IMG/VR virus record: IMGVR_UViG_3300012167_000014
Span: 1 to 50,201 of that record
DNA: 50,201 nt
Source: a virus
Taxonomy: Duplodnaviria; Caudoviricetes
Direction: 5' to 3' (one strand)
The notes beneath the pieces were generated by a model. That model did no database searches, was not told the DNA's origin, and was given only the letters and a program-made list of their open reading frames with translations. Numbering within the stretch: position 1 is the first letter of the stretch; every line of letters starts with the position of its first letter. Below, piece after piece: positions 19,010 to 26,790 of this stretch. The translations under genes and the position numbers were made by a program.

Positions 19010-20197
19010 TCAGTTAATGCCTCCCTTATAGGCTTCATAGTCTTGGAGGAGGAGGGGCGTGGCCTTGTAGATTTCATCTCTTCCCCGCTTAAAGACTTGT
19101 ATAGCCTTGGCTTTCTCTAACGTTCCTATGATTACGTCCAACTCCAGGTGAGTAAAGTCACTCCAGTACTTCCTAAGTAGGAACGATCGAGAGACTTTGT
19201 TACCCTTCGAAGTCATCAAGGCTTCTAGAACTATGAGGATTTTAGGACCAAAGTCAGATTGTCCAGCTCCCCTGTTAAGCTCCGTTGCAGTCTTGATGGC
19301 TGCATCCAACATGTGCATCGACTCATCTAGATCTTCCTTGAGAAGGATAAGACAGTTATCCCTCGCGAGTGAGTGAAGCATCGCCACCTTGAGGATCTGG
19401 TCATGGATACGATTAGCAGTCCCTGTCTTATCGTCCATCTTCTCTGGATTGAAGTCTTCGTACCAAGACTCATAGGCGAGACGGGCTTCTTCACTCCATT
19501 GGAATTGTCCATTGATTTCTGATATCTCCTTTAGTCTAGGAGTAAGCTTCGTGTAGTCCAGGTCGATCTCTGGCTTCTTAGTGAGAGGATTCTTCAGGGC
19601 TCGCTTCGTTTCTTCAACGATGATTGTTCGAGCGATGAAGCCTCCTGTGATATCCTTCTTCGTGATCATGCTCTTGAACAGGGGAGGATTGATCGCTCCC
19701 AGCATGGTGACGCAGATGTCTTTCAGGGTCTGTACCCCTGAACCTTTGAGGGTATACTTCCATCCCTCACTATGATAATGACTGTCGTATAGGTCCGTGA
19801 GTATCGTAAACGTATGAGGGTCTTCCACGAAGGTAGTGGAGAGCTCCCCCGATACAATGAACCCATGTGACTTCGTCATGGGAGCTTTCTTCGGACGAGT
19901 GTATGCAGTCGATAGGTCTTGGATGATCGCCTGGATAGAGTTCCTTCCAGAGATGATCCTGTTGTTGTCTATTGGTGAAGCCAGCTTCTTAGAGAGGTCT
20001 GCTGCGAATCCCTTCCTCAGACCTGACTCTGCGACTAAGAGTACGAAGATGTTCGGATAGAGCTTGTAGTAGAACTTATCAAGGAAAACTTGATCCTTGA
20101 TTACGGCGGAGATAGCTGCATAGGCTCCCCAACGTATGAACGAGCGAGGAGTCTCTGCTTCCTTCGTAGCCTCTAAGACTTCTTCTACCCATCCCAC
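19010..20197 (-). CDS. DUF3987-like P-loop/AAA+ replicative helicase-like protein
   Basis: LYPNIFVLLVAESGLRKGFA Walker A-like motif, GGFIARTIIV, C-terminal wHTH-like region. Confidence 0.7.
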   Translation of the reverse strand: MGWVEEVLEATKEAETPRSFIRWGAYAAISAVIKDQVFLDKFYYKLYPNIFVLLVAESGLRKGFAADLSKKLASPIDNNRIISGRNSIQAIIQDLSTAYTRPKKAPMTKSHGFIVSGELSTTFVEDPHTFTILTDLYDSHYHSEGWKYTLKGSGVQTLKDICVTMLGAINPPLFKSMITKKDITGGFIARTIIVEETKRALKNPLTKKPEIDLDYTKLTPRLKEISEINGQFQWSEEARLAYESWYEDFNPEKMDDKTGTANRIHDQILKVAMLHSLARDNCLILLKEDLDESMHMLDAAIKTATELNRGAGQSDFGPKILIVLEALMTSKGNKVSRSFLLRKYWSDFTHLELDVIIGTLEKAKAIQVFKRGRDEIYKATPLLLQDYEAYKGGIN

Positions 20198-20953
20198 TTA
20201 TCCAACCTTGTATTTCTTGAGGTCCTTGTAGTTATCGCCTACCTCAATATCACAGGGGATAACAATAGATCCCCTGGAAAGTGAACACCCTGAGAAGTCA
20301 ATTGGTTCTTCCATGACCTCCTTACCGTAAGCTGCGACCTCTGAAATGTTGGCAGTAGGAAGATCCACGCAGAAGGCATCATGTGCTTCAAGGATGATAC
20401 GCAACCAAGGAAACTTCTTCTTCATCTTCAACATGGAGAACTTCGTCTTGTCCGACACATCAGCCTGAGGAATGTAGGAGTACATCTCCCTGTATAGATC
20501 CTCATTGAGACGATCCGCGAAATACCTTACTCGTCCATGAGCCGTTCGCACTGTTCGCGTACTATGAGCAATAGACTTAATAGCAGGCCAATAAACCTCT
20601 GAGATCTTTGGGCACTTCTCATCCATGATCTTGATAATTTGTTTAGCCCTCCATTCACTAATCTGAATATCAATGTGAAACCGACGAGCGTTCGTGTTCG
20701 CTTCGAGCATGAGCTTATGAGGTGAAGTTCCATAAGGGTAAGCGTGACGACCAATCTTACCAATATGACGCTCAGGCGGTTCTTTACCTTTTTCTTTAGT
20801 GTAATTCTTTTCATCACCACCGAAAATATATTGTGCTGTTCTTGCATGAGGATCTATACCTTGTTCAAACCAGGATAAAAGTTCTTCATCTTGGGAAAGA
20901 ATAGCAACAACTCGAGTTTCTGCTTGGGATAAGTCAAAATTCATGAAAGGCAT
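20198..20953 (-). CDS. DNA polymerase family A, C-terminal polymerase fragment (motifs A, B, C)
   Basis: NFDLSQAETRVVA (A), RHIGKIGRHAYPYG (B), LEAHDAF (C). Confidence 0.9.
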   Translation of the reverse strand: MPFMNFDLSQAETRVVAILSQDEELLSWFEQGIDPHARTAQYIFGGDEKNYTKEKGKEPPERHIGKIGRHAYPYGTSPHKLMLEANTNARRFHIDIQISEWRAKQIIKIMDEKCPKISEVYWPAIKSIAHSTRTVRTAHGRVRYFADRLNEDLYREMYSYIPQADVSDKTKFSMLKMKKKFPWLRIILEAHDAFCVDLPTANISEVAAYGKEVMEEPIDFSGCSLSRGSIVIPCDIEVGDNYKDLKKYKVG

Positions 20954-21262
20954 TTAAGCCCTCATTAAAAGGTTCTGACTATGAGTCATAGCTGAGAGAC
21001 AAGCAGGGCTTATGCAATGTCTATAGGGACAAGACTTTGCATGTCCTATCTCTTTATCCATAGGAATAGGACCTACGAAAGTTTCATAAGAAAGCTTATG
21101 TGCTGTTACAGTTTTACATCTTACTCCTCTTTTATTTTTTGTTGCAGCTTTAGCATATCCTGTTTTCTTATCTATATACCTTTTCCAGAGCCAATGAATA
21201 TCTATAAAATCTACTCGATCTAAAATGTAGTCTGAGTTAGCTTCATCTTTCATTACATTCAT
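20954..21262 (-). mobile_element. Free-standing HNH homing endonuclease (HNH_3-like, probably degenerate) inserted in polA
   Basis: AHKLSYETFVGPIP..EIGH..C..RHCISPACL..MTHSQN; markedly AT-rich; sits exactly between the two polA halves. Confidence 0.8.
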
Positions 21263-21263
21263 A

Positions 21264-22919
21264 TCATTCAAAGTCCGACACAAACATGCGTCGGATGTCT
21301 CCCCCTAGATCACCATGCTTGGTGATACTGTGAAACGACATGCCCATCTCATGAGCCCTTACAGGTTTCTTGAGGATGGCAGTGGATGTACGTCCTGCCT
21401 CAGTACCTACGATCCTGTAGGATGTACGCATCCTACCATCGTAGTCAACACGTGCAGCTATCTTCGATCGAGCGTTCTTGATACGTCGAACGTCTATTAT
21501 CTTACCCAGGATAAGCTTTCTCTTCTCATCCTTTACAGCGTTGGCAGAGAGAGCAACGAGGACATCCTCGTCCACGCAGAGGACACCCTTCTTGAATCTC
21601 TTGGGGAGTTTCAGTTGTTCGTAGAGGAGGAACCGTATCTGCTTGACTGATCCACAGTTGATAGGATAGCCTATCAGCTCGAAGAGTTCATCCTCAGTCT
21701 TAAGCTGCATGTCTACGTACTTCGAGTACAGCTGATCCCTAACGTCGAAGTCAACCTTGAATCCCCAACCTTCCATCTCATGGTAGAGATCATGGAGAGG
21801 TTGTATCTTCTCGAAGTAGAGGTCCTTCATCCCCAGCTCAACGAGTTCCTTCATAAGACACTCGTAGACTTCGAAGGTGACTGCCGCGTCTCTAGCGTTG
21901 TAGATGAGTACATCCGTGAGTCTCCTCTTTCCCATGTCGAAGAGCTGCCACTCATCCTTGTAGTAAGGCTCACGAGTGTAGATGGATGTGAAGAACTCGA
22001 GGGCTCCAGGGAACTCGGGGTTAACCGTCTTTCCCAGGATCATCGTATCCACATAGAGCTTAAGGCGGAAGCCTAAGCACTCTAGCTTACGTTGGTCATA
22101 CTTGAAATTCTGTCCGATGAAGAGCATCGACTCATCTCGGAAGAATGCATCAAGCAGTCTCCAAATCTCAGCCATTTCTGAGCCTGAGATGTCAAAAGTT
22201 TTGTCGAAGTGCTTGAGATTGAACAGGGGAATAGAGAGTGCTGCATGACGGGAGAACGCGATGGAGATACAAAAGGGAACAACTCCTTCAGTGTCTAAGG
22301 CAGCTATCTTGTTTTCCCTGTTTCTTTGAAGGAAGTCGTAGACATCTGTGAATCTCTTAGCGTAGTTGAGATTTCTCCTCGGCAGCTCAAGCTCTCTAGT
22401 AAGAGACTCTTCAACAGCCCTGTTGAAGTCAAGCTGCATGTAGATCTTTGATGAGTACGGAAAGGCTCCCTTCTCACCTCTCCTCTCAAAGAGGTTAGCA
22501 GGATGGATGGAGGGAACTACCTTGATGTTGTGATAGAGAGCAGGAAGGATGGAACCCCTCCACTTGGTGATTCCATTCTCTCCTGTGATCGTACTAAGAG
22601 CTAGGTTCCCGAGAGCTAATATGCAATTAGCCTCAGTGAGAGCCTTAAACTCTTCCCAGAGTTCAGGGATACCTTCTTCTATGGTATGCCCAGTCTGGTG
22701 TGCTAGATAGAGCTTGTTCCCAGGAGGATGATACTTGAAGACATTCGTGAACCAACAGGACTCAGGTGACATGCCTGCTTGACGAAGCATGTTCCTTGTC
22801 TCTTGTCCTGTTGGTCCTACGAATGGCCTCTGTGCCTCTTCCTCTTGCTTACCACCTGCTTCACCACAGACGATAAGTTTTGCTGACCCCGAGCCATAGC
22901 CCGGAATGTAAATGCTCAC
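21264..22919 (-). CDS. Family 4 uracil-DNA glycosylase-like domain fused to PolA 3'-5' exonuclease and N-terminal polymerase region
   Basis: CGEAGG..PFVG..TNVFKYHPPGN..HPA (UDG4); ALDTEG, QNFKYD, YNARDA (Exo I-III); GTEAGRTS; ends IRRMFVSDFE just before motif A. Confidence 0.88.
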   Translation of the reverse strand: MSIYIPGYGSGSAKLIVCGEAGGKQEEEAQRPFVGPTGQETRNMLRQAGMSPESCWFTNVFKYHPPGNKLYLAHQTGHTIEEGIPELWEEFKALTEANCILALGNLALSTITGENGITKWRGSILPALYHNIKVVPSIHPANLFERRGEKGAFPYSSKIYMQLDFNRAVEESLTRELELPRRNLNYAKRFTDVYDFLQRNRENKIAALDTEGVVPFCISIAFSRHAALSIPLFNLKHFDKTFDISGSEMAEIWRLLDAFFRDESMLFIGQNFKYDQRKLECLGFRLKLYVDTMILGKTVNPEFPGALEFFTSIYTREPYYKDEWQLFDMGKRRLTDVLIYNARDAAVTFEVYECLMKELVELGMKDLYFEKIQPLHDLYHEMEGWGFKVDFDVRDQLYSKYVDMQLKTEDELFELIGYPINCGSVKQIRFLLYEQLKLPKRFKKGVLCVDEDVLVALSANAVKDEKRKLILGKIIDVRRIKNARSKIAARVDYDGRMRTSYRIVGTEAGRTSTAILKKPVRAHEMGMSFHSITKHGDLGGDIRRMFVSDFE

Positions 22920-23275
22920 CTCTGCATCGCAGTCTTGATGTGAGCGATCGCTCGGTTCACATCTTCAATAGCGTATCCAGTAGGGTTTGACTTGCTCCTC
23001 TCAAGATCATCGACGGCGTGCTTGAGGATGTCGAGATCCTCACGAGTGAAACGATCGTCAATGAGTTCGAGCTTGAAAGCCTCCTTGAGGGCTCGATAGA
23101 CGTCTCTCAAGACCTCGTCTTTCTGTTCTCGATCCTCCTTGATGGTATCCCACTTGAGCTCTCCAGCAGTTTGCTTGATAGCATCAATGAGAATTTCCTC
23201 AGCCATATCGTAATCAGGAAAGATCTCGATGGCTTTCACAGCTGCAGACTTGAGTTCTTCAACGCTTAGTTTCAT
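22916..23275 (-). CDS. Hypothetical protein
   Basis: 119 aa, GAGGAG SD. Confidence 0.65.
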   Translation of the reverse strand: MKLSVEELKSAAVKAIEIFPDYDMAEEILIDAIKQTAGELKWDTIKEDREQKDEVLRDVYRALKEAFKLELIDDRFTREDLDILKHAVDDLERSKSNPTGYAIEDVNRAIAHIKTAMQR

Positions 23276-23510
23276 ATCTCCTCGACCAGGTTATCCGACG
23301 GGTTCCACAGTGAAAACAGGGAGAATCCCACCTATTGACCAACTTAAGTTTATTAAGTTGTTCGAGTAGCTTCCGAACGCTCTGGGAAGTGCTACCAATT
23401 CCCTTTGCGATCTGAGCTGCCGTTTGAAGAGCGGAAACTTTTCCGTTCTCTAAGTAATCAAGGATTGATTTTTGTTTCTCCAGTCTTAAGTCGTTCCCTA
23501 ACTTGCTCAT
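23259..23510 (-). CDS. Small winged-helix DNA-binding protein
   Basis: ILDYL..TAAQIAKGIGSTSQSVRKLLEQL..LV wHTH pattern, with CFHC in the wing. Confidence 0.6.
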   Translation of the reverse strand: MSKLGNDLRLEKQKSILDYLENGKVSALQTAAQIAKGIGSTSQSVRKLLEQLNKLKLVNRWDSPCFHCGTRRITWSRRYETKR

Positions 23511-24726
23511 AGAAAGTCCTATCCCTTTCAATACCTATCCAGCGGCGAGAGAGACGTTTGCAGGCTTCAAGGTGAGAGCCGGAGCCAGCAAAAGGATCTA
23601 GCACGATAGCACCTTCGTTCGTGCAATCCTCAACCAGTGCCTCAATAAGCTCAACTGGTTTCTCGTTGGGGTGGGTAAGACAGACAGGAGCAAGTGGAGG
23701 AAAGACGAAGACGGAAGACTGCTGTGTGGACTCTATGAGTGAGGGAGTCCCCTTGACTGCGAGTAAGATAAGCTCGAAGTCTCTGGAGTATTCCCAGGGT
23801 CTGGCTCCTTTACTGAGAACTACTCCATGGAGTCGACTATCTCTGAGTTCTTTCTTGACCCAGATCAGAGGAGTCTTGCTAACCGTAAAGCCGAAGGTAG
23901 CCAGATTCCTACTGTAACTACGATAGTCCTCCAGACCACAGAACAGATAGACGAAAGAGTCTGGACGCAAGACTCTAAAGACTTCCTTGAAGACTGGAAC
24001 AGTCTCATCATCTCGGGTGAGCTTGGCATCGATGTACCTCAACCAGGGTGGATCGGTGATGCAGGCGTCAAAGACTCCATCAGGGAAGCGCTTGAGGATA
24101 TCGACGGAGGAACCATTGTAGACCTGATCTACCTTGAAGTCTACTGGACGTTCGGCATCCTCCTCTGCCTCGATACGTCTCGCTGCGTTCCTGACCAAGC
24201 GGACGGCGGTATCTCGATCCTTGATATTACGTAGGGACGCATCACGTTTGACCGCGTTATCGAGCATGACCGCTTCAGACACGAATCCGAGAGAAATCCC
24301 AAGCTGAGCAGCAGTATCACGCATCGACCAGCCCGGGTTCTCGCGCGAAGCCTTTCCTCTCTTAGCTTCGCTTGCGCCAAGGTCCATCTGCTTCGTCGCG
24401 TGCCAAGATGATACAAGCTCACAGATTTCCCACCAGGGGAGATTGGTTCGCTTGAGATTTTCTTCAATGGTAACAAGCGTGATCTCCTTCTCATCCCCCA
24501 TTACGACTCGGCAGGGAAGCTCTGAGATGCCGAGTAGAGAGACGGCTTTGAGCCGCTTCTTCCCAGCGATTACCTTGAATCTACCGTTCAGAGCCTGAAC
24601 GGTAATGGGATTGAGCAACCCTCGTTCTTTGATCGACTCGGAGAGTTCTTGTATGAACTCACTCATCTCCAAGTCGTCACAGTCGATGAGGGACAGCTCG
24701 ATGTTCTGTGTAGGGAGTTCCTTCAC
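23458..24726 (-). CDS. ParB-like CTPase domain + HTH + beta-class N6-A/N4-C DNA methyltransferase fusion
   Basis: GTG start 24726 overlaps the DHH stop, with GGAGG SD. ELSESIKERGLLNPITV..IAGKKRLKA and EENLKR (ParB); SMRDTAAQLGISLGFVS (HTH); ITDPPW, HPNEKP, VLDPFAGSGS (MTase). Confidence 0.9.
   Translation of the reverse strand: MKELPTQNIELSLIDCDDLEMSEFIQELSESIKERGLLNPITVQALNGRFKVIAGKKRLKAVSLLGISELPCRVVMGDEKEITLVTIEENLKRTNLPWWEICELVSSWHATKQMDLGASEAKRGKASRENPGWSMRDTAAQLGISLGFVSEAVMLDNAVKRDASLRNIKDRDTAVRLVRNAARRIEAEEDAERPVDFKVDQVYNGSSVDILKRFPDGVFDACITDPPWLRYIDAKLTRDDETVPVFKEVFRVLRPDSFVYLFCGLEDYRSYSRNLATFGFTVSKTPLIWVKKELRDSRLHGVVLSKGARPWEYSRDFELILLAVKGTPSLIESTQQSSVFVFPPLAPVCLTHPNEKPVELIEALVEDCTNEGAIVLDPFAGSGSHLEACKRLSRRWIGIERDRTFYEQVRERLKTGETKINP
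24585..24601. promoter_or_regulatory. 17-bp palindrome CGTTCAGAGCCTGAACG inside the ParB domain coding sequence
   Basis: Arms extend to TACCGTTCAG/CTGAACGGTA. Confidence 0.7.
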
Positions 24727-25583
24727 TTGGCCTCCCAAGGCAGGATAGCAGCGTCGAACCCTGCAGCGTTCCGATGACCACCACCGCCGAAGAGCTTGGC
24801 AATCTCGGAGACGTCGAAGTTGTTTCCATCCTTGTCCGAACGGAGGGAGAACCTCCAACGTCCATCCCCACCTCGGTAGTAAGAAGCAACGAATGGAGTG
24901 GGAACCCCAAGCTCTGCAGCCTTCTTGAGCTGAGAGTGAAGATGCTCGGAACAGTTCATGTAAGGCATGTTGGTGGTGGGAACGAAATGTCCAGCAACCA
25001 TCTCCCAACGAGACTGCTCCATCGCCTTCTTGCCGTACTGGTCGATGTACCTGAGGATGAAAGATCCCTTGAGGCACACCTCGATAAGAGGCGTGTTGGC
25101 AAGCTCATCCCAAGACTCGAAGTCTAGTGGGACGGTGGAGATCCACCCGTGGGCATCGGCTGTCTCCGCGAACTCGAACTTCCAGATGTCCCTGTCTTCG
25201 ATGATATTCACGAGCCAGGGTCGGGGCTTTCCAGGGAAGAACCAATCCCAGGCGAGTCCTGCTCCCGACCGCTTCATGTCGAAGACTGCGTAGGGGAGAT
25301 CCTTGAGATCAGCTTCCGCAGTCTTGTGATGATCGAGGATAGTGAGGGACTTGGAAGTCCTGTACATCTCCAGGATCACATCTCGCTTGTACGAGAAGTC
25401 CACGATGTACACGTCCTGACCATCTACGATAGGAGGAATGTCGCCATACTTCGCACCGTGGAAGATGGGATTAAGCTCGACGATTCCCCTCTCCTTGAAG
25501 TACTTCCTGACTACCCAGGCTGCTGTCATTCCGTCGAAGCAGTCCTTGTGATAGATGACTAGAGGCATCGGATTGAGCATCAT
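24723..25583 (-). CDS. DHH/DHHA1 phosphoesterase (NrnB/oligoribonuclease-like)
   Basis: YHKDCFDG, IVDFS, LDHHKT, DRDIW, SLRS, GGGGHRNAAGF. Confidence 0.9.
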   Translation of the reverse strand: MMLNPMPLVIYHKDCFDGMTAAWVVRKYFKERGIVELNPIFHGAKYGDIPPIVDGQDVYIVDFSYKRDVILEMYRTSKSLTILDHHKTAEADLKDLPYAVFDMKRSGAGLAWDWFFPGKPRPWLVNIIEDRDIWKFEFAETADAHGWISTVPLDFESWDELANTPLIEVCLKGSFILRYIDQYGKKAMEQSRWEMVAGHFVPTTNMPYMNCSEHLHSQLKKAAELGVPTPFVASYYRGGDGRWRFSLRSDKDGNNFDVSEIAKLFGGGGHRNAAGFDAAILPWEAK

Positions 25584-25726
25584 ATTCTCCTGTTTCTACA
25601 AGCGTTGTGTCGATTAACCGAACGAAGAGGATTACGAGGGCTGATCCTAGTAGAAGAAGCAGACCTAAGAGGGAGAGCGTTAGAATCGCGTGTGACTGGT
25701 TCATCATGAAGTCTATCATAGATACC

Positions 25727-25985
25727 TCTGAGTACTACAACGCTGCTATCAGGATCATCGCTACGTGGACTGTATCGCGTCCACCGGGTTGTGCAGTGGA
25801 ACCAGCCCTAGTAACAGGATTGTCAGGAGGCGCGTACTTCATTAGTCCTCCAGGCTCCCCTGATAGCATCGTTCTAGTACTCAAGACCGGCTGGATCGAG
25901 CTTTATCTATCCTATTCCCGGCTTATTTGGATAGAATCCAGTTTTACGTAAATGACCGTTTAACGTGTGGTCTCCACGTACGATC
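25727..25985 (-). ncRNA. Putative structured non-coding RNA of unknown family
   Basis: 25-bp stem 25729-25753/25859-25883 (23 of 25 paired) closing three hairpins, plus two further stem-loops; G-U pairs in the 5' hairpin favour the minus strand. Confidence 0.6.
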
Positions 25986-26006
25986 TTACGCCCTCAAACG
26001 AACTAC

Positions 26007-26228
26007 TTAGACCTTGTCGGTGGGATCCTTCGGCGGGGCTTCGTCTTCGTCTTCCTCGCCATCCAGGTCCTCATCGTCTTCGTCATCGTCATCTTCTTCC
26101 AGATCGGGGTCCTCACCCTTCTCCTCCTTTTCCTCGATTTCCGCTTCCTTCTCGATCTGATCCTCAGTCGGCTCTTCGTCTGCCGACATCCGAATCTCCT
26201 GACCGTAGTTGTTGAACGCTCCACTCAT
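26007..26228 (-). CDS. Small, extremely acidic protein
   Basis: AGGAGG SD; 73 aa, about half Asp/Glu. Confidence 0.65.
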   Translation of the reverse strand: MSGAFNNYGQEIRMSADEEPTEDQIEKEAEIEEKEEKGEDPDLEEDDDDEDDEDLDGEEDEDEAPPKDPTDKV

Positions 26229-26347
26229 GTGTGTCCTCCTTAGGACAACGACGTAAAAGAGGGAGGGCAGGTTTCCTCTCGGAATAACCATTTCTTATAC
26301 GTTATCTCTCGTGCGCACTATGCAAGCTAGAGAGACCCCCCAGTGAC

Positions 26348-26737
26348 TTACGCGGTGGCGATCACGCGGGCACGGAACTTCGACACGTTGTTCTGGAGGT
26401 TGCCCTTGTTGTCCTTACGCTGCTCGATGAACGCGTCGATGTGCTTGTTCTTCGTCTCCTCGAACTCGAAGGAACCGCCCTTCTCCTCGAGGTTCTTCCC
26501 GCAGGCGGCAGCGTAGTCCTTGATGAACCCCGGAGCCTTCTCGTTGAAGTACCGGAGCAGGGGCACGCCTTTGTACTTGCCGTCCTCGATGACGAGGTCG
26601 ACAATGACGTTCTGCGAACCGTCGGTGTCCGCCTGATCCTCCCGGATGTCCTTGACGAACACCGGGTACCACGCTGCTTCCTCGATCAACGTCCCGCGGA
26701 GGAGATCCTCTGCGGAGTACCGCATCTTGATTGACAT
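26348..26737 (-). CDS. Putative single-stranded DNA-binding protein (DUF669-like)
   Basis: 129-aa OB-fold-like protein (WYPVFVKDI..DLVIEDGKYKG..NNVSKF) downstream of AAA ATPase and nuclease; strongly biased codons. Confidence 0.6.
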   Translation of the reverse strand: MSIKMRYSAEDLLRGTLIEEAAWYPVFVKDIREDQADTDGSQNVIVDLVIEDGKYKGVPLLRYFNEKAPGFIKDYAAACGKNLEEKGGSFEFEETKNKHIDAFIEQRKDNKGNLQNNVSKFRARVIATA

Positions 26738-26790
26738 GGGTTTGACTTTCTTTCTTTCGGTTGGTTAGTTGCCTTACGGATTATAAGGCC

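Noticed and set aside
20954-21263. Group I intron or intein in polA
   Set aside because: No non-coding flanks for a ribozyme core, stops at both junctions, and no intein splice residues.
24727-25077. N-terminal extension of the 539-aa ParB-MTase ORF
   Set aside because: It is an out-of-frame overlap with the DHH gene; the coupled GTG at 24726 has a GGAGG SD.
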